Assembly (NCBI GenBank): GCA_051294375.1
Contig: CM119267.1
Span: forward strand, 17,650,937-17,714,936
DNA length: 64,000 nucleotides
Direction of reading: 5' to 3'
Origin: Paraspadella gotoi
Taxonomy: Eukaryota; Animalia; Chaetognatha
Shown here one piece after another: positions 11,919 to 25,600 of the stretch (positions are counted from its first letter, which is position 1; each line of letters begins with the position of its first letter). The notes under the pieces were generated by a model that did no database searches, was not told the DNA's origin, and saw nothing but the letters and a program-made list of their open reading frames with translations. The position numbers were made by a program, and so were the translations under genes.

Positions 11919-13741
11919 AATCTGAAGATGCGTCTAAAGGTAGCGAGAAACAAAGCCAGGGAGTTTACGCCTTTCTTCGCTCCTTCCACGGTCCCCCCCT
12001 CTTGAATCGAGGACCCTCCCCCCCTCCTCTTGAAACCCGAGGGAAATCAGGGAAAAAGGTGAAGATGCGAGGGAAGAGGAGGAGGAGGAAGAGAATGAAG
12101 AGGGGGGAAGAGGAGAGGGCCAGTGAGGAGGAGAGGGATAGGGTTAGGACAAAGATCAGAAGCTTTTAGACTTAAACTTTAGTACTAGACTACTAGTAGC
12201 AATATAAATAAGGATAAAACATCAAAGAAAAAACGAAAAAAAACTTAAATAAAGCGATTGCAGATACAAACAGAAGGTGATTTTTGTTACCTTAAAAAAA
12301 AATCGCAAAATCTTTTTTCGACAATTATTTGATAAAAACTTGGTAAACTAACTACGGTTTAACCGGGAAAACGTCCGACAATTTTGAAAGCATGACTACT
12401 TTGACTGAAATTCTACGACGCATTTAAAAACTTCGATCGATGTTTTGATTTTGACCGACTGCGCGGGAAAAAAAAATAGCGTAACTCAGTAGCGATGCTA
12501 ACTTTTTTAAACTATAAACCGGGTCTAAGTGGTATAGTTTTTGAACACAACTGTAAAAAATGTATGTTATTTAACTTAGTGCTCAATGTGTATTACCCTG
12601 GTGCGCGGGTTTATTATCTCAATCATCTTTAATAACTAAAATGTGGTCGGCTTTTAATCATTCACTTCTAAATCACGAACGGAAAAACGAGCACATTTCA
12701 ATCTCCCCACCAAAGTCGAGATCAAATAAACAAACCCTAGAAACGTAAGCAAAACGGAAAAAAAAATGTAAACGAAACGATATTAGACCGTAAACAAAAC
12801 ATCAACGAGGACGACGAAACAGAGAAATCAAAGGGAGAATATAAGTCGACGAGAGAGATTAGGGCGAGGCGATAGCGAGGTAGGAACACAAACGGCCATC
12901 GCTGGCCAGTGTCGTCTACGGAGGAATTTTGGGAATTCATGATATTACAATAGCGTAATTAATTATTCATATTGCTTCTCTTTTTGGTCAAACTTTCCTT
13001 ACTACTACTCTCTAACTTAAGTTAAAAAAAAAGTAAGTCTGCCCTGTCTCAAAGATACAACTATTGTAAAATTTAAAAATTCTTGTTTGGATTCAGTGAA
13101 ATTTATTTAAACGAGAAAAGAAATTGCAGGATTCCAGACATAATGAACTCATGTATGAAGAAACATGTAGATGAAAGGAGAGAACGAACGATAAATATCT
13201 TTTTATTTTCGCGAAATGTTCTTTTGTTTACTTTTTGCCGTTTTAATTTTTTTTTCAACAGATAGCGCGCGATCTGCACTTATTTTTCGGCGGTTTATAA
13301 AAAAAAAGTTTTTTTTTGATATTCTGTCGAGGAATTGAATAATCAATATCGTAAAAATATGATCGGGGAATCTCATGATAAAGTAAACGTCAAATATTAA
13401 AAAAAAAAAAGATGCGGTTATTTTAGGGATATGCATCGAAGCTGATTTTTTTTAAATTACTGGCAACAATGGCGAGAGAAATTCATTCAAGCGAGAAAGA
13501 CAAAGACATTCTGTTAAAAAAAAGGATAAAAGGAAAGGAAAGAAAAAAAAATTATCACATGTATAAAATTCACGAATAAGATTATAAAGTTTAGTCAAAA
13601 AACGTCTTATATACGAGTTGTATATATATACTTTTTTGATATGGTAATAAAGTCGATTACATGAAATTCGTACAAAAAACACTTTTTTTTGAACATCGAT
13701 GGCTAGAGAATGTAGAACGTAACGTACACTGTATGATTAAG

Positions 13742-13841
<100 letters not shown>

Positions 13842-14513
13842 GACATACGATTCATCATTATGCACCTTAAAAGCACCATAACCCTCTGTAGCACATCATA
13901 ATAAATCTAATTGATCAATTTTCGTTCGTGAATTGATACGAAGGAATTCTATCTCACATCAGGCGATTTGTCACAATCGTCGTCCGTTTCGGAAAAAAAA
14001 TGTTTTATTGGCAAAGTATTAGTAATAAAAATCTTGAATTAATTTCGATCTTGTACAAAAAGAGTATAAAAAGAATTAAAATCTTCTCATCCCGACATCA
14101 TAAATCGCCTTTCTTTGACTCTTGGACATCTTACATGGAGAGTTTTGGTCGTCAGATTCAACTACAAAGGAAACCACTCAACCATCAATACCAATACTTG
14201 CTTTCAAAAAGGCCACGTGACCGTTTGTCAATGTTCACGAACCACTATAGTCGCGTCAAAAAAATTCTCATGTTGGGTTTAGAATGGATGGGATTCAAAC
14301 CGTGCGACACAGTTCGAATACGAAAAATTGGTGCGAGAGTAAAAAAAAAAGAAAATTTAAAAAAAAAGTCCGTTGATTAAAAAAAAACTTTTCTCAACCC
14401 TTACTCAAAATTTTATTTGCTTTTTCCATTTGTTTACTTTAATGAAAGCTCGAAGTATAAATATTCCATCCATCCCTCTCGATTTCCAAAATACGATGCT
14501 ATTTTGTTTCTTT

Positions 14514-17500
14514 TCAAATGTGGGAGTGACTTCCGGTTCGAGTCGCCGGTCGCGTCATCAGGTCGACGGCGTCGTCGTCGCCGTCGTCGTAAAGACCCAG
14601 AGTGGGCACGGCGTTCCTCGGCATCGTCGACGCCTTTCTCGATCCGTTTTGCTGCTGCTGCTGCTTTTGCTTCTGCTGTTGCTGCAGAAACTGTCCGTCG
14701 ACTTCCTCGTCCTCGTCGGCGTCCTTGTAGAGGTTGAGTCGGGAGAGTCCGCCGGCGCCGCGTTTGAGGGTGTTGGTCAGAGCAGAGGTCGCGCCTTTTT
14801 TGAAGTCTGTTTGTGAAAGGGGAAAAGGGGTGATCTATCTCTCTGTCTAGCTCTACTTACATAGTTCTGTCNNNNNNNNNNNNNNNNNNNNNNNNNNNNN
14901 NNNNNNNNNNNNNNNNNNNNNNNNNNNNNNNNNNNNNNNNNNNNNNNNNNNNNNNNNNNNNNNNNNNNNNNNNNNNNNNNNNNNNNNNNNNNNNNNNNNN
15001 NNNNNNNNNNNNNNNNNNNNNNNNNNNNNNNNNNNNNNNNNNNNNNNNNNNNNNNNNNNNNNNNNNNNNNNNNNNNNNNNNNNNNNNNNNNNNNNNNNNN
15101 NNNNNNNNNNNNNNNNNNNNNNNNNNNNNNNNNNNNNNCAGGGCAGCGTCACGCCGCCGCCGCCGCCGCCGGGAGCGCTGACGGCTCCGTCCCTCGGCTC
15201 CTCGTCGAGATTGTTGGAGGCGCGGGACCAGGAGCGGGGAAGCAGCGACCGGAACCCGGATGTCGGCGCCGCGGGCGTCGATGTCGTCGACGTTGCCGGA
15301 CCGGAAGCGACGCCGTTGGGTCCGCCGTTGGGAGTGACGACGCAATCGAAACTGCCGCCGCCGGCGCCGCCGCTACCGCCGATGGAAGTGGCGTGGCTCG
15401 ACGCCGAGGCCGGAGGAGGCGTGTCCGTGGAACCCGAGGCGCGTTGCAACAGCAAGAGTGGTGGGATCGTGGAACGAGCGGACGTGGGCGTNNNNNNNNN
15501 NGTAAAAAGTTTGTCAGCTCTCCATATAATCTCCAATTCTCCATACCTCTGTCTGTTATGCCCTCCTCCTCCTCCTCCTCCTCCTCCTCCCATCAAAGTG
15601 ATGGTCATTTGTCCGGTTTGATTAACAACGACTTTGTTTCTGTCCCTTCGATCGCCGATCGGCGGCGGCAGCGGCGACGGCGGCGCCGATTCCCCCGTGT
15701 CCGTGGCGCCGGTCGAGGCGCCGGTGGCGGCGTCGTCGTCGTCGTCGCAGTCGCGCGATCCGGCGCGGCTAGAGGGCGCCGTGTGACCAAGGGCCGGCGT
15801 CGGCGTCCTGACGTGGCCGGCGTTGGAGCGGCGATGACCGCCGGCGTCACTCCGCGCCGAGTTAACGCTAGGGGGACGGCCGGCGTCGGCGGCGTCGACG
15901 AATTTGGCGCCGGCGTCGAAATCGACGTCTAGTTCGCCGTTGGCAAAGCTGCGGCCGCGCTCGAAGACGCCGCGAGAGCTCCTAGAACGCCCGCCGTCGC
16001 GGCCGGCGTCGCGACCGGCATCCCGTCCGCCCGAGGATCGTCGGGCGACGTCGACTTTGATTCCTGCGGCGGCGGCGGCGGAGGGGCGGCGGTCGGACCG
16101 AGTCAGAGTCAGGGACGGGCGTCCCATGTTGCCTGTCACGCCTATGGGAAGACCGGGTGGAGAAAACTTATTTCATTATTTTGGGGTTAAAACTAAATCC
16201 TTAAATGAAATTTCATAATTTATTTAGTTAAAAATCACTTCGGTCGGTCAGTCGGTTGGTTGGTAGGTCCGCTCGTCCGTTGGTCCGGCCTACTTACGTT
16301 TCAAAAGGTTATAATCGTATACAGTGTATAATCGTGATCAGAAATTCAATGCGGCATGGTCTTACCCGGGGTCTGGGGAGCAATGTTAGCACCCGAGTGT
16401 CCCAACGCCGCCGTTGGATCGAAAGGCACGCCTTAATTAGATCATTTAACTCTTAAATGTTAAAACGGTGCTAATTTTCTTTTTTTGCTCTCAAAATGTT
16501 CCGATTTTTAGTTTGTTTGTTTTCTGGTTGTTTTCAATTTACTATCTTTATTTTAACTTGAACAATACGATTCGTAAAATTTACGAAAAAAGATTTTAAG
16601 TAAATCTAATAGATAAAATTACCGCGATATTCTCTCTTCGGCCGATCCATAACGCCGCCCGCTCCGGAGTAACTGCAGAAATAAACAATTTTCGTTACTT
16701 TTTATTCTTTTTTATGCAACATGCCCAGTCTGTCTCTTTCATTAAAACTCGAAATATGTAGATGTACGCTATTTTCGTAAAAAAATAAACGCGTTGTTGG
16801 TAAACATTAAAACGTTTTCCGAATTAATCTCAACTCAACAAAAAGAGAGAAATTTAAACAATGCCAAAGTACAATAAGTAAATATAAAGAACAACAAAAT
16901 ATCATTGATAATTTATTTATCTCATAAACATCCCCCCCCAGCCCCACCCAAAGAAGCCCCACCATCCTCCTCAGTCCTCACCCGTGAATGAGCTTTTGAG
17001 TGTTGGGCGAGAGGTTCTGCGGCTGCGTGGGCGTCGACGCCAGGTTGGAGGTCGACCCCAGCATCGTCGTCGTCGCCGTCGTCGTCATTCGCCGCCAAAT
17101 CGGTCGTCGATGCAAAAGGCGACGACGAGGGATCCATCGACGAGAGCCGGTGGGAGAGGGTGGGGACGCACGGGGGTGGGATCCGCTCACTGTGAGGGTT
17201 TGGGTTTAATACTTTCACGATTAGACAATTTTCTAAAGTGGAAATAATAAATAGTACGCCAAAATAACTATGAAATACTCACTCCTGTGCCGCTGGCTCG
17301 AGCTGAGTGGCGTCGTCGTGCGGAAGGAACTCGAATCACAAACGGAATCGACTGAGGGGAGGTAAGGGGAAAAAAAACAAAAGATTTGATTAATTTCATA
17401 ATATTACGGCAGAGCGCGTTATATTCCGAGGAGCCTTAGGAGAGTAAACAAGATATCAATCTATTACATTTAAATAAATTAATTATTATTAGCTTATACC

Positions 17501-19757
17501 TTCTCGGTGTCGAAACTTCCGCGATTATCCAACGAAACTGAAAAAAAAAGATTTATTTTTATCGATATGCCAATTGTGTCGTCTCAAAATCAACTCACTC
17601 ATTGAGTTTCTGTTGATGGGCGAGGGGNNNNNNNNNNNNNNNNNNNNNNNNNAGAGAGAGATGAAATACTCACTCCTGTGCCGCTGGCTCGAGCTGAGTG
17701 GCGTCGTCGTGCGAGAAGGAACTCGAATCACAAACGGAATCGACTGAGGGGGAGGTAAGGAAAAAAAAAAAAAAAAAAAAGATTTGATATTTTCATAAAT
17801 TACGGGCAGAGCGCGTTATATTCCCGAGGAGCCTTAGGAGAGTAACCAAGATATCAATTCTATATTTACATTTAAATAAATTAATTATTATTAGCTTTCA
17901 TACCTTCATGCGGTGTCGAAACTTCGCGGATTATCCAACGAAACTGAAAAAAAAAGATTTATTTTTATCGGTATGCTAATTGTGTCGTCTCAAAATCTAC
18001 CTCACTCATTGAGTTTCTGTTGATGGGCGAGGGGCTGCCCCTCGAGTGGAATGATTGTCGGTGCGAATTTTGGATGGCGCGCCCGTTGGCGTTGGCGCCG
18101 GGGTTGTTGGCGTAGGGATTGTTGGAGCCGGGCGGCGCCACCGAAGGCCGTCTAAAAGAGAATGAGCGGGAGGGAAGGAATAAGGATCGGAGTTCTGCAT
18201 GAAGAATAATTAGGGATACAATAAAAAGAAACAAAGAGGAACTCACCTCGAGTTTTGATTGTTGCTCATTTGTTGTGAGTTGTTCGTGACATTCCCGTTA
18301 GGACGACCGAGAGTCGGAAGGCATCCGTTCCCGGGATTCGGTTGCTCTTTTATCGTTAAGGCGTGAGCACTGATGTTTTGGGTAAAGGACATTACGATTG
18401 TCATTAATAATGATTGTTAATGGCGTCGATTTTCTGCTCAATAAGGATCAGTGTATATCTGTACGCGGAGAATCTTTCTAATTTTACTTACCTTCTACAG
18501 ACGCTTGAAACCTACCAAAGTTCACGCCCAGCTCACCTTGAGATGGTTTGTTGCGACGTGGCTGGCGTCGGTTTCTGAGCGAATTCGTTGATAGTGACGG
18601 ATGGTTTGCTTTTGTAGTGAAGCGACGGAGGCGACATCTGTGGATGAGGAAGAAGTTTACAAACAAATGAACGGTCAAGGGCGAGAGAAATAAAAATGAA
18701 AGAGGACGTGTAAAAAAACGGAAAAAAAAACATTGGTACATATTACTGATTGATTAACTGATTGATATCTTTATTTATACATAATTAGTTTAACCTAATA
18801 TTGCTTCAATTATTGATTTTTATTATTGATAGGGTTTTTGATTGTCGTGTTAACAACAAACCTGCAATCCTCCACCGCTGATTACGCTTCCATTCTCCAT
18901 GGACTGATAGTGCGACGGAGTGATCGAGTTATTTCCCGAACTGATTTGCGCTTGAAGCTGAGTCTTGTCGTTGACGACCCCGTCGCCTAGCAACCAAGGT
19001 AGACAGTCTATCAAATAAAAGTTTCACGCAGTGTGGTAAAAATAAATACATCCTTAGAGTATTGCAATAGATACAATTATCAATACATAATAAAAACAAA
19101 AACCACAGCAAAATAAAAACAACTATAACCGATTAACTATCGTTACTCACTCTCTTCCTTGACGACCGGTGGAGGTCTCTTCAACACCCTCACGTAGAAG
19201 ATGGCCCGTCCGGCTCTCCACCATCTCGTCAACGCCGCTGCCACCGGCCCTCGACGCCACCGCTCCCGCAGACCGCCCAACCGACCGCCGCTGCAACGCC
19301 CGGGGCAGCAGACGTCGGCGGTGCGGCCCAGCAGTCCGCGGCGCCGCGGCCGCTTGTCCAGCGGAGGATCGGCTGCGGAAGGAGGCGGATCGCCGCAGCA
19401 GCAAACACGGAGCCGTAAGCAGCAGCGGGTCAGCCGCTCTCTGGTAAAATAGAATGGGGCAAGTATGAATTTCTGGTGAAAAGTAAATAGTAACAGTAAA
19501 CAGTAAAAGTTATGTAAAAGAACTGTTGATGTAGCTTTTAGTTCTTTTTTTCTCACGGGCCGAGAAGAAACAATAATCTTGATTGTTTTCTGTTGTTTTT
19601 CTTATTCTTCTAAGTTTTTGTTGTTGCTCTTGATGGGATTTCGTTGTTGTTGTTTTCGTCGTCCTCGACGTAAGTGAAAGGAGATAATTAACAAGGACAC
19701 TTTCCGTCTCCCTTTTAGAGAGAGAGAGAAAAGAGAGAGAGTGGTGAGAGAAGAGAG

Positions 19758-19805
<48 letters not shown>

Positions 19806-19912
19806 AGAGAGAGAGAGAGAGAGAAGAAGGAAAGAAAGAAAGAGAAGACAAAAATAATAAAATAAAAATATAATTAAAAATGAAAGAAAGAAAGATTAGA
19901 AATCAAAAATGA

Positions 19913-19948
<36 letters not shown>

Positions 19949-22611
19949 AGGAAGGAAGGAAGGAAGGAAGGAAGGAAGGAAGGAAGGAAGGAAGAAGGAA
20001 GGAAGGAAGGAAGGAAAAGAAAGAAGAAGAAAGGAAAGAAAGAGCCTCACTTGCACTCGTCGGCGTCGCAAAGGGCGCAAGGGCACAGGACGTGATGTCG
20101 TTGACGTATTTGGAGGCGATGTTGGGATGATAGACGCGAAGGTAGAAGATGGAAGCGAGGAAGAGGAGAGGAGGAGAGGAGGAGGCCGAGGAACGACGCT
20201 GGCGAGAAGGGCTGAGAGGAGAGGGGGGGGTTTAGTGGAGGGATGAAGTCGTTTAATCATTAGCTTTTTAAAAGAAAATAAACAATCATGGTTTTTTTTT
20301 TTGTTTTTTTCATTTAGCACGGTAATTCCTTCATTGAAAATTTGTATTTAAACTTATTTTATACTCCTTGAGCGGTTGCGTATAAACTAAGTATGACTAA
20401 TCTCGTCCGTTTTTCTTCAGCAGTCGCTCTCGTATATTAATTAGTTTTTTTTCTCCTTTTCTGTATTATGTCACCTAGTTTGTTTTTTGTTTTTTTGAAT
20501 ATATTTCTGGATAATAACCTTTCGATTCGTTGTGTTATGAGATTAGCATAGAGAATTTGTTTTTGTCGTTTATAATAAATAAAATCGTTGTTGCAACAAA
20601 AACAAATTCTCTTGCTAATATATTTCTCATATTAAATTTATTTCTCTTCGTTCTTTCTTTCTTTCTTAATTTCTTTTTTTTCTTTTTTCTTTTTTCCCAC
20701 ATCATTTTCTTTTTTTTTTTTTTTTCATTCTTTCCATCCTCTTCCGGAATGAATCATTCCGGGCGACGGCCGCCTCTAGCGTTTCCCTCCGTAATCAGAC
20801 GTGGGCGTGGAAGCCAGAAAAGAGACAATGGATCCCGTGAACTTAATTCGCGCCACGGAAACGCGTGGGCGGAGCCCCCTTTTTTTGTTCTTCACGTTTC
20901 CCTACTTTTTTGAATAGAAAAAAGTCTTTAGAGCGAAACAGGTTAGAGGTAATTGGAAAATCTTTTAGAACTACTCAGTTTTTTTTAATCAATAGGATCT
21001 CTGTTACTAAAGTTTACTAAATATAGTAGTAATCAAGATAGACCGTTTTAATTCCGGTTTCCCTCAAAAACAGAAAATAATCTTAAAACTTTTATTAAAA
21101 GTAACAATTTCTATCTTTGTTTTACGAACTCGGCTTGAAATGATAATTCAAGTTCGAAGTTTAAACTACTGAGATTTGATGCGTTTTTTTCAAACCATTT
21201 GGGACTTTGACAAAGTTTATTTTTCTCGAAGGCTGATTGTAAATAGTGAACGAATCGGAGAGAAAAGAAAGAAACTTAAGGCGACAGAGAAACGCTCGTT
21301 TGAGATAGCCATTTAAATGCTAATGTATACAGCGTTAAAATAATCTATCGTGAGCATAGATTATGGTAGTAAAATATTTTTTGTCAAAAAAGCAGAGGAT
21401 ACTAGCCTAATTAAAATTCTTATATTACTATATAGAGAAAACAATTTTTGTTTGAAATATTAATTTTTTTAAAGTTAAACAAGAAATATAATTACAGCTT
21501 TTAAAAATTCCTACATTTTCTAAGTGAAAATTATTAAAAGATGATGATGATGACGATTTTTTACAGTTTTTCTTATTTTTGACTCACTTATCATAAAAAT
21601 ATTTAAAAAAGAATTATACTTTGTGTAGACAACTTTTTATGAGCTATCTAAATCTGGTCTTAAAATTTAAAAATTTCTTTAAAAAATGTTTGGTCTTTCC
21701 TATTTATAAATAAATATTAAAAAAATAGTCACTAGGGTATAGACCCATATAAGAAATTTTTTGTCCATTGAAAGTATACTTAAAAATGTATAAATTTTCT
21801 TTGAGCATGTACTCACTGTAAAATTTTGACTCACCCCGTTCAATGCGGCTACCCCGGCGCTGGGAAAAATGAAAACTGACGCGGTGCCATAAATAAATTA
21901 GAGAAAAAAAAAACACGTTCTTTCTTTCTTTTTTTAATCGTGTTCTTTGGACGACGCACTTCTATTTTATTATTTTCAAATCATCCACGTGTCCTTTAAT
22001 TTTGTACTTAGTTTTACTCAAAACAAAAAAAGTCATTGCAAAATAAAGAATAATCATTAATATAACGCCTTGCTTCTACTCTTTTAACGGGAATTAATCT
22101 AATATTTTATTTATTATATTTCGTTGCTCGCATGCGGAGCTCGAATGTCGAAATCACACTTCCGTAACCGATACTGCGAATAAATATCGAGTTGTAAGAG
22201 TAAGACATACTTATTCAATTGCATTAATTCAAATAAACTATACGCATTTCGGACCACCTAGTATGGAGAAATGATTTTCGACCGAAAACATTGAAGCCAA
22301 TTTTTACCAAATGCTGTGGGAAGAAAAGGTAAATCTCAGAGTCTAATGACCATATCTTTCCTCAAAGCGTCCCAAGAAAAAAAAAAAGAATCTTTTAATG
22401 CTCTCTTCTCTTAACGGGCCCCGTTCTTCTCAGAATTAAGAACTAAAAATAATTCTAAGATCCCGTCTCATTTTTGTTTAATCCCGTCTCATTGCTTCCA
22501 TCATTTTCCGACGAAACCTGTTTCGACCTCAAATCGACTCGGACGACGTTGTCCGCCCCGATAAGATTCGACAAAGAGAACGTCCTTGTTCTCGTGTACG
22601 TACGATCGAAA

Positions 22612-22662
<51 letters not shown>

Positions 22663-25600
22663 GTTTTGCACAAATTACAATTTAACTAAAAGTGGACGAA
22701 ATTTTGTCGTTCACTCGATCCCAAATCTTGTCAATGAAACCTTTTATTGAGCCGACAAATTAAAGTTAACACCGGCGATCGATTATACACGTCACAAACA
22801 ACGTCTCTATTTCAGTTAAAGAATTACAACTAATTCTTTTGTATATATTTATTTATATTTATTGACTCCTATATTTTCGTCTAGATCTCTTTTGTCACCG
22901 CATAAGCCGCAACAGCTTCAAGGGACACAATTCTGCAACATCCGCTCAAACTGTGACCATGTTCACCCTAAGAGGCGCTAAGAGGTTCCAGTCTGAATTT
23001 CGTATTTGCCCTGAGCTAAAACACATATGCATAAATATTTTTTAAATAATAAGTATTTATAATTAATCACTACCAAAAAAAATTTAGAATAACATTTAAA
23101 ATTTTAAATTTTCTTCAAATGACTCTTCCATATATATATACGAGCGATAACATTTTGGTTGCCGGGAAATTTATAGCAAACTTATGTCACTAAATATATG
23201 ATTCACCTAATTTCTCACAATTTAACGGAGGGCAAGTTTAAAATTTTCGACCACAATTTGATTGACCCGCCAGAAGCAGAACGCCTGAACCACGCAGGCA
23301 ATCTGACAACGAGGTTGAAGGCGAAATTCGTCGAAGCAGCGCCGGAGAATCTGGAGACAATCTTAACGGGTAAACTGTACTAAATCGAGCAACCACGTCA
23401 ACCGACAAAAAAACGCCCTCTGCATTCAGAAATGTTCCGGACGACGCCGCTCACTCCCAAACGACGCCGCCGTTGGGCCAGTCCACGCCGGAAGTCTACG
23501 AAGCGATCGGGACGGTTCTCGGAGGATTCGTGTGGCGCGAGACGTCCAAGCCAGTCAGCGTCCACGTCAAAACCGGAAGCAAAGTTCTTTTCAAATCTGA
23601 CGCCGCCGCGGATCCTATCCATCCGGCCTGGAATCAGGTGCGACACCCTGCGAGACTTTTGCACCTAGATAAGTTTATTGTTTGGAAAAAGTTCTTTTAA
23701 CTAGTAAAAAGTCTATATTGAGAAACATGACATCACATGGAACACGCCCGGAGAAGACGCTTAAGTTTTATCTGTAGAGAAATGTAAATAACGAATCTTC
23801 TTTGACAGGTTAATGTGTGCCATTTTAAAAGACTTTGACATGGCTGAACTTTAAAAATATAATTAACTTCGAAAAGACTCCGAAATGACTTTAATTAGAA
23901 ATGACTTAACATACTTTAAAACATAATTTCTTTGAAATATTAGGAAAGATTACTTCTTTATACAATTGACAAGATTTCACTTGTTTTTTCATAGATTGTA
24001 CCTTATCTGCGTAATGCTTAATAACTAATCGTTTACTGTCAAAACATGCCCAAAGTACGGTTATATTAAAAAACAAAAAAACAAACCTGTACGGTATCTG
24101 GCTACCATGTGTCAGTTGTTTTATGTCAAAATCCCGAGAAAAAAACATCTCTTGCTGATTTACCTCTCCTCGAATCTTATTAACTTACCTTTGACTTCGC
24201 ACTCTCCTCACCCTCGCCCCAAGGCCTTCTCCGTGCCCATCCCCTGTCTCCAAGACCCCCTTCGCTTCAAGATCTACGAGACGTCTCTCGTCTGGACGGA
24301 GGCCTTCGGGTCTGGAACCCTCGACGTGGCCTCTTACGAACCAGAAGTCAAGCACAACGTCACCATCATGATGAATTCAACCGAATTTGGCAATCGGGTC
24401 GTCTTTTAAATTAATTCAATTCGGTTACCGATTTTCCAAATGAAAATGGGTTTTATAAAAATTAAAGTTAAAAGTTTATGTCAAACTTTTTCGTCCAAAC
24501 CTATTTTATTCTATTGATTCTAAAATTGGTAAAAACCAATAGAATATTATCCTATCATCTTATAAATAAGCAATCTTGTCCCTGATTTTTTTTATTCGTA
24601 ACCTCAATATAATTACGATTTTAATGAATTTTTATAGAAATCTATAATCTTTATATTCGACGCTCTTAGCTATAGGCTAAATTAAAAGTATTCTAATGTA
24701 GAACCCTTGCCTCAATTGATTTTACTCTCCCTTCTTCCTCCTTCCACTCCCCAGGAAGAGATCGTGGCTCGGGTTTCGATCGAATTTACCATCAAGAAGA
24801 GAACCAGCGCCCCATTCCAGTGGACGTCGCCCAAGATGTCGACGCATCAAGTGACGGTGGTTCTGAAGGAGGGAGAGAACCTCACCGCCATGGACGAGAA
24901 TGGCTTCTCCGATCCTTACGTCGTGTTTAGGCTCGGAAAAAAGGCTTATAAGTGAGACTAGATGTGTTATGGTTAAATATATTGGGTTTTGGCAAGAAGA
25001 GGGATAGAGAGATTATTCGCTCAGATTGAAAATATGTATGAACAATGTTAATTGAATAGTTAAAATAGTTAAATGTACCGTACTTCCCTCTTCTTGAAAG
25101 AATTTGATAACAATTTTTTAAAGTTGTTTTCAAAATCCCTAGGAGCAAGATCCGCTACCGAACCCTTAACCCGAGTTGGCAGGAGAGATTCCTGATGTCC
25201 TGGAGCCGTCACGAGACGACGACGCTGGAGCTTCGAGTCTTCGACTACGACTTCATGGCAAAGGACGACTTCATCGGCAACGCCTGCCTCGATCTGGGTC
25301 CCATTAAGCACGAGAAGACGACGGACTTCGAGCTGAAGCTTAGCAACGACAGCGGTGAGTTTGGGGATAACGGTTGGTTTAACAGTACTCTGTAGTGAGC
25401 GAAACTTAATTCAATTCAAAGAAGGTAAAGCACGTATTAGTAATATTATTTATATATTTATTACATATTCTCCTTATTCTTCTCATCATTCTTTTCCCAA
25501 TCTGTATCCTCATGCAAAATCCGTATTCATCCTCTTCAAGGTCTCGTAAAAATATCGGTGACGATTACGGGCGCCAAAAACGAAGCGGCGGAGGAGGTCG

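Noticed and set aside
17271-18033. Apparent tandem exon duplication (mutually exclusive exons)
   Set aside because: The copies flank a 25-N gap and differ only by indels, so this is probably an artefact.
22263-22328. Candidate first coding exon of MCTP
   Set aside because: A good donor is present, but no ATG frame joins exon 22885 without an indel.
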